Position numbers and translations under genes: made by a program. Of a stretch of DNA of 64,000 nt, positions 52,428 through 64,000 are shown in pieces. The notes under the pieces were generated by a model, which saw nothing but the letters and a program-made list of their open reading frames with translations, had not been told where the DNA came from and did not search any database. Numbering within the stretch: position 1 is the first letter of the stretch; every line of letters starts with the position of its first letter. This stretch comes from the human T2T-CHM13v2.0 reference genome, Homo sapiens, in NCBI RefSeq assembly GCF_009914755.1, contig NC_060946.1; one strand, written 5' to 3'.

Positions 52428-54127
52428 TTGGAAATAAGAACAACTGTCAATAACACCATGACCTAAAGAAAGAAACAAGTAAGCGCTGAAAAGCACTGGG
52501 GAAAGCCCCCTGGGGCTCAAAGGAGTGGAAGCCCGTGCCTTATCCTCTGAGCCCCAGCTATGACAGTGACCTCCTGTAATGCACAAAAAGCCCTGGACTT
52601 CCTTCTCAGGCCTGGGTCTAACCGTAGGACTTAGAAACTAGTGATCAGAGGGTTCACAGGCAGGCAGAGGTGGAATCCTACCCACCCAGGGGGCATCCCC
52701 TGCTCGGTCCTGCAGAGACTCAGCTCCCAGCCTGCGGCATGGCAGGGAGGAAAGGCAGTGGGTGGAGGTAAGTTTCACAGAAGAGGCACAGAGATGGCAG
52801 AAGAGCCTCTTAGCTAGAGTAGGAGTAAGCAAGAGGGCCAGGGGCGCACCAGGAACTGTGTTCTTCCGTTCAGCTCTCATTCCCAAAGGAGCAGAAAACT
52901 CTGCAGCTTAGACAGAAGTCTGACCTCCCAAAAGGGAGCAGAGCCCAGCCCTGAGGAGCCGCCTCCAGCTGGCGGGAAGCCTGTCGGGCATCCTGTGAAG
53001 ATGAAGGCCTGCTGCACATCGCCCGGACCTTTCAGGCCATCCCGGAGTGGGCAGGGCTTCCCACACCTGCAGGAACCAGAGCGAGACTGGAGACGAGCTC
53101 CCCGCCATGCCCCATGGCTCATTCTAGACCAGGATTGATTGACCTCTGCCGGTTTAAAAGGGCATTTTTTTTTTAAGCCTCAAAGTCAAAACTCAAGTAT
53201 GAGCCCGTAAAAAAGTAATAATAATAATAAGCACTATCTATGGAAAGCAATCCTGTCCTAAAGATTTTAGGGCAGAGGTAGCTCTGAAAATAGATCTCTG
53301 CAGTAAACAGACAATACTTTTATAGAAAGTGTCTGCTTGTTGGTGTCACAGAGATGGACTGCATGGCCGTGACCCAGGAGCCAGGAACCCAAGGTGAGGC
53401 AGGACCTGGAACGAAGGCAGACATCCAAGGGTTTTCTGAATGAAATAGAAGATGGATACGGAGACACCAAAGATGTAAAAGTAGAGTTTAGTTGTGTATT
53501 GGGAGCTGCAAATAACATAAATATAACTGCAGAAAATCAAAACAGTGATAAGGAGACTAATCTTAAAACCAAGAGATAATTCACAGAAAAAAAAAAAAAA
53601 AAGCAAGGAAATGGAACAAAACAGATAAAGAGAAGTTGGTAGATCTGGAGGACAGAGGATGAATATCTAACTGAAGAGTCGTGGATGCTCCTGAGGGGGA
53701 ACCTCAATGGCTCCAGCAGAAGGAAGAATCACATTAGAGTGAAAACCATAGTGTTGGAAAGAAAGTTACTCGAGCTGGAGGAAACTGCCAACGAAAAACC
53801 AAACAAAAACACCCTGGATCTAGCCATTTTATGGTGATATCTTTGAATTTCAAGAACAAAGGAAACCCTTGTGATAACCATCCAGGGAATATTAAGAAAA
53901 TAGAAAGACAAGAGAACAAGAATCCCCACAAACACACATGCAAGCTGTCCCCTGAACTCAGTGAGACTTAGAACCAGGAGACAAGAGGGAGACTTATGTA
54001 AATATATGATTGAAACATCGTTTTACTTATGAATTTGTTCTCATTTCTATTTGTTTTGTTGTTTTTGGGCAAAGTAAATAAATAAGACAGCTTTAGATTT
54101 GCAAGGATTTAGAAAGCTTACCAGTTA

Positions 54128-54908
54128 TGCCGAACCCTTACTGTCTTCAGTGCGGATGGCATCAGGTTCAAGAGGTTGAAGAAGAGACCCAGAGCCAGCA
54201 AATGAGACCTGGAGGTGGGGGGCACTTACATACAGGGTAGAGAGGCTAGTGGTGGTGGGCTGGACAGGTGAACTACCTCACATACAGAAACAATCCAGTC
54301 GTGGTAGTCTGGACGGGAGAATCACTGGTCCAGTGGTGGTGGGCTGGACAGGTGAACTACCTTACATACAGAAATAATCCAGTCGTGGTAGTCTGTACAG
54401 GAGAATCACTGGTCCAGTGGTGGTGGGCTGGACAGGTGAACTACCTTACATACAGAAATAATCCAGTCGTGGTAGTCTGGACGGGAGAATCACTGGTCCA
54501 GTGGTGGTGGGCTGGACAGGTGAACTACTTTACATACAGAAACAATCCAGTCGTGGTAGTCTATACGGGAGAATCACTGGTCCAGTGGTGGTGGGCTGGA
54601 CAGGAAAATCACAACCACATGCAAAAAGCTTGCAGTTTATATGGCATTTTCAAATAGCACCTTCCCCCAAGCAGGCTCCACCTGGCACTCTTCATTCAAC
54701 CCCGGATCTGGAGCCTCAATCCCCTGTGTAGGCCACGTTCCATAGGACGGGCTGGGGGCTCAGATGTTCCTCATAGACAAGGAGTGTATCTCCAGGTTGG
54801 CCACTCCTGGATTCCCTAGCTCAGAGCACACATTCAGGTGTATCTTCCGTACGGGGTCACTCTCAGGGTATGCTTAAATTATTGCTATCAGGTACATTTA
54901 TCATACCA
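54128..54908 (-). mobile_element. Solo LTR (tentatively LTR32-like, ERVL) with an internal VNTR
   Basis: Discrete GC-richer insert in the A-rich L1; ggattccctagctcagagcacacattcaggtg...ctcagggtatgcttaaattattgctatcagg resembles an ERVL LTR end; family assignment uncertain. Confidence 0.6.
54249..54612. repeat. 84-bp VNTR x~4.3
   Basis: GTGGTGGTGGGCTGGACAGG at 54249, 54333, 54417, 54501 and 54585. Confidence 0.95.
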
Positions 54909-56249
54909 CCTACATACCTTTCCTGAACAAGTGAGGAAAAGATGCACTCAAGTCAATCAGGAAAGAAAGAAACATCAGGAGCTGAACATTGAAAAGGTCA
55001 CATGTAAGATGATTAATGGTGACCATTGATATCAGTTGAATACATGGGGCTGGATATAAATGATTCCTCTAACTATGGCTATAAAATTGAACATAAGATT
55101 CACAGCACTATTATTTAATATACTCTGTATATTATGAAAAACAATTGGTGCATGAAAATAACGTGGTCTGTAACCTCTAGTAAAACTAACAGAGGCTGTG
55201 GGGAGCAGGCAGTGGCAGGCTGGAGTCACTCATGGGATAGAAGGAGCCATGATGATTTAAGTCGTTAGAGAAATGATGTAGTCATTAAGAGTGCATTTGC
55301 TTAACATAAAAGCTATCACAAATAGAGACAAAATATAATTTCAACTAAACCACTGAGAGTAAAAAGCAAGTGACACTTGTGCATGTATGTAAAGACAAGA
55401 CCAATCATGAAAGGAACATATCCAGAAATCAACTTGGATCATAGTGTTCGGATAGAATGTCACTATCAGTGAAGACAATAAATGTAAATGGATTAGTCTC
55501 CTCTATTAAAAAGCAAAGACTATCAAATCAAGTGTTGAAAATAGCCAAACGTGTTGTCTTCTAAGGGCATTCCTACAAAATAATAAGGTTAAAAGCAAAA
55601 AATAAATAAAGATAAATCAGGCAAATGCATTTGAAAGGAAATTGAGAGGTAAAACATTAAATTGGAACAATATTGTCATATATTGATACATTTACTTATT
55701 GACACGTTTATGCCTTACAGTTCAGACTGTAATGAAAGTGTCACATTTAGAAATCATTATGCACTGATTAGCATACATAAGAATAGATTATGTAAACACA
55801 ATTACAAATAAATTATATGATCAGAAACAATTTTTAGCTGAGATTTAAATAACTTAATCTATATTAAGGTCAAGTAAACACCACCAATAACAACAACAAA
55901 AAGCAGCAGTGCATAGATCTTTTGAATACTACAATTAACTAAAATTGAATTTGAGCCACATATCTAAATTATAGTATACAAACAAGGCTGCTTCCAATTT
56001 TCAATCATTGTTGAAATCTCTACAAAAAGAGCCATAAACCAAGTCATGAATTAAATCACACTAGGAGAAGAAATGCACCAGCCCTCTTTTCCAGTGAGAA
56101 TACACTGTATTTAAAATTGAGACTTACACCAAAAAATAAAAGCCTTATTAACCAGGACTTTCTTATAATTTATTGATTGAAAGTTTTAATAAAAGAAGAA
56201 GCCACACTCACAGAAGGTCACATGCAATGTCTGAAGTCCATCTGCTGGT

Positions 56250-56430
56250 GTCCAATGCTGGATGGAGCAACTGCCAGATGGTTAACTTGGAGCAAACTTC
56301 CCTTTCTATGCCTCAGTTTCTACATTTATAATATGGACAAAATACCACTTCCTAGGGCTTTTGTAAGCATTGGATGAATTCGTATATTAAAGTGATTTGA
56401 GCAGGGCTAGCACTACTGAACAATATTATA
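56250..56430. mobile_element. MIR fragment
   Basis: aacttggagcaaacttccctttctatgcctcagtttctacatttataatatgg...tagggcttttgtaagcattggatgaa. Confidence 0.6.
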
Positions 56431-57089
56431 TATGCATTTGAGTTATTGATATCCCATTTAGAATGTCATAGAAATAACACACGGTATTTTTGCAGATCCA
56501 GTGAAAGAGCTACTCATCAGTGTATGTATGTCTTTAAATGCCTTTATCTTCAAATCAGAAAGAATGAACACAACTTAAGCGGGAGGAAAAGCCACCCTTC
56601 CCCTCAAAGAGGAGAAAACAGCTGGTAAAGCTGAAAAGAAATATTAATGAATTTTAAAAAGAAAGGCATGGAGTGTGTCATTGCACCTTTAACAAACCTA
56701 TAAAAATGTGGTTTTACTTCTTTACATAAATTATTTTATATCAGAAAATAGAGCTGAAAGGAGGAAGCAGATTACTAGGCTGAGATAGGCTGAAAGCTAC
56801 ACCTGTTGCACCAGTCAGCCAAGTTGTAGAGCAAAGGAAAAATTATTCACAAGTGTATGCATAGCTAGTGTATCGATCGCTAAATCTGGAAATTTTTATT
56901 AAATGTATATTTTTTCTAGGGGAAAAACTACCATACATAACTGAAGGAATAGATAAATGTTAATATTCTTCAGTAAAATTTTCAGAGAGAAATACTTTAA
57001 TAGGCACGCTGCTTAAAATATTAAGTGTTCAGGTTTCTTTTCCCAAATATTGGAAAATATGGAAAATCATCCAGTTTATCTTAGGAACT

Positions 57090-57660
57090 AAAATATTTTA
57101 TATTTATTTATAAATATATAATAATTTTATATTTATTTATAAATATATAATAATTTTATATTTATTTATAAATATATAATATTTTTATATTTATTTGTAA
57201 ATATATATTTTTATATTATTAGTATATAATAATTTATAAATATATGTAAATATATAATAGTCATAAATATATTTATATTATAAATTCGTATAAAATATAA
57301 ATTCATAAACATAAATCTGTATAAAATATAAATTCACAAATATAAATCTGAAAAGAGGAATCAGATTACTAGGCTAAGACAGGCTGAAAGCTGTGCCTCT
57401 TACACCAGTCAGTCAAGTTGTAGAGCAAAGGAAAAATTATTCACAAGTGTATGTGGTATGTGTAGCTAGTGTATTGATCACTAAATCTGGAAATTTTGTT
57501 TATGTAATTTTTAATTATATAAAATATAAATAAATATAAATTTATAAGTTTATATTTAAATTTATTTTAAATATATAAATATAAATTTAAATATAAAACA
57601 TAAATATAAATTTAAATATGAAATATATAAATTTAAATATAAATATATAAATATATATTT
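57090..57660. repeat. AT-rich low-complexity block (29-bp units near 57096-57200) containing a duplicate of 56754-56897
   Basis: TTTTATATTTATTTATAAATATATAATAA at 57096, 57125 and 57154; embedded copy at 57348-57497. Confidence 0.9.
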
Positions 57661-57967
57661 AGGAACTGAAATATTTTAGAAAGTGTCCCAAAAGATAAAA
57701 AAGTTCCAATTATCATCTCCTTCCACAAAGACTTTTGAGTCTGTGATGTGGGCCAGGCACCGTGTCAGGCACGCAATTCCTTCAGCAAGCAGCCTAGCAG
57801 CTGCATACACCCACCCAGCATTGTCCCGAGGGCAGCAGCCGCCTCTGGGGATCCGTGTCCCTGGAATGTGCATCCTCTGGTGTTAGTACTGCATGGCACA
57901 CACATTGCTCACACCTACATAAAATAACAGCACACTGAATTCTGAGTCCTTTAAAAGAAAAAAAAGA

Positions 57968-60998
<3,031 letters not shown>

Positions 60999-61577
60999 TA
61001 TTTCAAAATCAGGTAGAATGACTATATCACCAGACTGAATATTTTAAAAAGTCTTCTAATTCAATAGATGCTGGGAAAGTCACTAGGGGGACACAGTCTT
61101 ACTCATTACAAAACAAATCAAATGAGCAAAAGCACCAAAGCCACAGACCTCCAGTCAGCCTGGAGGGTAGGGCAGGCCCACCCAGGGCCCAGCGTCCATC
61201 TGAAACCCAAGCCAGCATGTGCTTCAGCCTCCAGCTCTGAGATTTTGGGACACAGAACCCAGTTGCCCTATGTCTTTTCAAATGGAACCCTCACAGGCAA
61301 GTTGCCCTATGTCTCTTCAAATGGAACCTTCAGGGGAGTCCTGCATGGTGACTTTTTGGACGTTCCGGCAAATGCAATCACATCAGTGTGTGATATGAGA
61401 AAATAACGATCCTTGTTACTTGCAGGTGAGGTAAGCAGGTGCTTCAGAAACTCTAGAGATTGGCTGAAATGCCTTGGAAACTAATAAGATTTCAGTAAAC
61501 TGGACCGAGTATGAGTATAGAAAGTTCTCTGCTTGTATCCAATGTTAAAGTTTTCACAGACCCAGTCTGTGGTGTAG

Positions 61578-61770
61578 ATCTGTGTTCAGCAAACTCCAGC
61601 CTGCAGGCCAAATCAGGCCCATCCGTTCGTGTGTTCATTCGCACATTGTCTACAGATGGGTGGGAGCCACAGCAGCAGAGTTCAGCAGTGGCAAAACAGA
61701 ACCTATGGCCCCAGAGCTGCAAATGCATATACTGTCTGACTCTTTGCAGCACAAGTTTGCCAACCCCTGG
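61578..61770. mobile_element. MER58A-like MITE
   Basis: tcagcaaactccagcctgcaggccaaatcaggccc...aagtttgccaacccctg termini. Confidence 0.75.
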
Positions 61771-62959
61771 ACCAGACTAATAAAAGTTCTTCAGCCCCAC
61801 CTGCCAAGAGCTGGAATGGGCAGCCGCCTGCACAGTGTTGGTCAGGATGGGAAAGTGGTGAATTTGCTGGTCACCTTTAGGAGAAGTCCACTCTGCATAT
61901 GCAAAAAAGGGAGCTACCGTACACAAAAACCGTTGCTGCTGACTTCCAAGCACATGTGTTTCAAACTAATGATTTAATTACAATAAATGCATGAAATAAA
62001 TGAGAGGGGAAAACTATTGATCACAGCAGAAAACAGAAAGTAACTTGAAAGAACATGAGTAAGAAATGGTTGGCACCTGTGTAAAATGTAAAGACTTCCC
62101 GTGAGAAATGAGAAAAGTCTGGAACAAATGAAAGATGCCATAGACGCTGACATGGGGAGTGGAGGGCGAAATATCGTGAGGCCAGCTGTTCTTTCAAAAG
62201 TTAATCTTTACATTTAGTAAGATTTGAATCCAGTTTCCCATGGGTTTTCAGAATTTCACAAGATGATTTTACGTTTTATCCTAGAGTGTAATTCAGTCTC
62301 GGGCGTCAAAGACTTTGGAACGGAAGACTCACCCAGGTGTCCTCGTCCTGCTGGTGTAGACACGTGTGTGAACAGCAGGAGAGGAGCCGTCTGGGCTCTG
62401 GGCAGTGTGTGAGCGGCTCTGGGCTTTGGGGCGGCCTGCCTGGCCCAAGCCTGGGCCCCACCACTGTGACCTGCCTCAGGAGTTAACACAAGGACCATGT
62501 TTGGCAAAGTCCCAGCACATAAGTAAATGCTAAAATGTTAGCTCTTCTGACTGCTGTTTTCTGATCCACAGAAGAGGCCAAGTGAACAGCCCCGTCCTGA
62601 AATGAACCCAGGTGTTCCTGAGAGGTGATACGGATGTCGTGAGCATCTCAAATCAGTGAGGATGGGACAGGGTCACCAGCAGCAGGTGCTGGGAAAATCA
62701 GCTTTGGATTTGGGGAAAAACCCAAGTTGGACTCTTACCTCACACCATGTTCAAAACTAAATTCCCCTGGTATTGCAGAGTAAAGGATAAAGGAAACTCT
62801 GAGATGACCAGGAGGAAGTGGAGGGGAATATTGATCTGCATGTGGCGTGAGGAAGAACGCTGCGATTGTAAACTCAATCGGAGAAATCCATGATGACAGC
62901 AAACGCCTGACCCTGTGCACCTAGGCACTCAGGTAGATTAACTCATTCATTCCGACAGC

Positions 62960-63075
62960 TGCCCATGGGCTGCAGACTGTTCTCATCCCGTTTTACAGAT
63001 GAGGAAACGGAGGCACGGAGGTGCTAAGTAACGTCCTGAAGACCACCCACGAGCCACAGAGCTGGGATCCTACCA
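62960..63075. mobile_element. MIR core
   Basis: catcccgttttacagatgaggaaacggaggcacggag...aagtaac...gagctgggat. Confidence 0.8.
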
Positions 63076-63577
63076 AGGAGCTGGGAGCTGGAGCCCCTGA
63101 TCTCCTCTAGCCACCCCGACTGACCTCAGAACCTCAAACGTAGGACAGTCCAGTCACATGCATGACGCTAGGAGACAGATCACAGCGTGGGGAGCAGGAG
63201 GTGGATCACAGCTGGCCAGCGTGTCTCATAACCTTGTGATAGACGCACAGTCCACAGGAAGATGGGCAAAGTCCGCAAATAGAGAATTCCCAAAATACGA
63301 AATGGAAGCAGCCAGAAAAAATGACAGAGACAGTCACTGTCAAGAAGGGCGACCAAAACACCCACACAGAGGCCACTCAGGTTCATTTGTTTTCTTTTTA
63401 TCTGATCTCCTTTTGAGCTGACTTAAAGGATGCTAATAGGAATGAAGATCCGCCAGTCTCTCTGGAAAGCAGAAAGCAGTTAGGCACTCTGTGGAGAGAA
63501 TCTGAAATTTGTACTCATGATGCTTTGGAAGACAGTTTGGCAGTGGCTGAAAATGATGGAGTTACCAAGGGAGGCAG

Positions 63578-64000
63578 CAATCGCCCTCCTAGAGTCCACA
63601 GAGTCCATCCCCCGAGGAGGAATGAGAATCACACTCCTAGAGTCCATCCCCCGCAGGAGGAATGAGAATCACACTCCTAGAGTCCAGAGTCCATCCCCCC
63701 AGGAGGAATGAGAATCGCACTCCTAGAGTCCATCCCCCGCAGGAGGAATGAGAATCACACTCCTAGAGTCCAGAGTCCATCCCCCCAGGAGGAATGAGAA
63801 TCGCACTCCTAGAGTCCAGAGTCCATCCCCCCAGGAGGAATGAGAATCGCACTCCTGGAGTCCAGAGTCCATCCCCCCAGGAGGAATGAGAATCGCACTC
63901 CTAGGGTCCCTCCCCCCAGGAGGAATGAGAATCGCACTCCTAGAGTCCATCCCCCCAGGAGGAATGAGAATCGCACTCCTAGAGTCCATCCCCCCAGGAG
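63578..64000. repeat. 39/46-bp VNTR running off the window end
   Basis: AATC(G/A)CACTCCTAGAGTCC(AGAGTCC)ATCCCCCCAGGAGGAATGAG repeated about 10 times. Confidence 0.95.

Noticed and set aside
61410-61437. cttgcAG|GTGAG|GTAAG as a microexon or recursive splice site
   Set aside because: It coincides with the decayed L1 RT LFADD codons, has a weak pyrimidine tract and has no transcript evidence.

Overview
GC-rich primate (human-like) euchromatic non-coding DNA. It carries AluS/AluY/FLAM, L1PA and ancient L1M elements, MaLR/ERV solo LTRs, Tigger1, MER58/MER45 and MIR, plus many minisatellites, as typical of distal GC-rich bands. I cannot support any protein-coding gene, RNA gene or CpG-island promoter; the long ORFs are by-products of VNTRs, microsatellites and Alus. 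I could not identify the locus. The main unexplained structure is a set of at least six short (49-150 bp) copies of nearby DNA (0.6-2.4 kb away, both orientations), several landing in or beside simple-repeat tracts. Two are traceable to a local donor by shared departures from the Alu or Tigger1 consensus, consistent with repeated templated-insertion repair. Also notable: minisatellites that multiply transcription-factor motifs (octamer+SOX, CACGTG, CCAGATGT), a perfect CTCF core beside an AT-rich enhancer-like island, two twin-primed L1s with near-identical breakpoints (one sharing a TSD with an Alu), and a ~10 kb fragmented ancient L1 hosting nested younger elements. Repeat family calls come from my recall of consensus sequences and mismatch counts are by hand; both need RepeatMasker or alignment confirmation.
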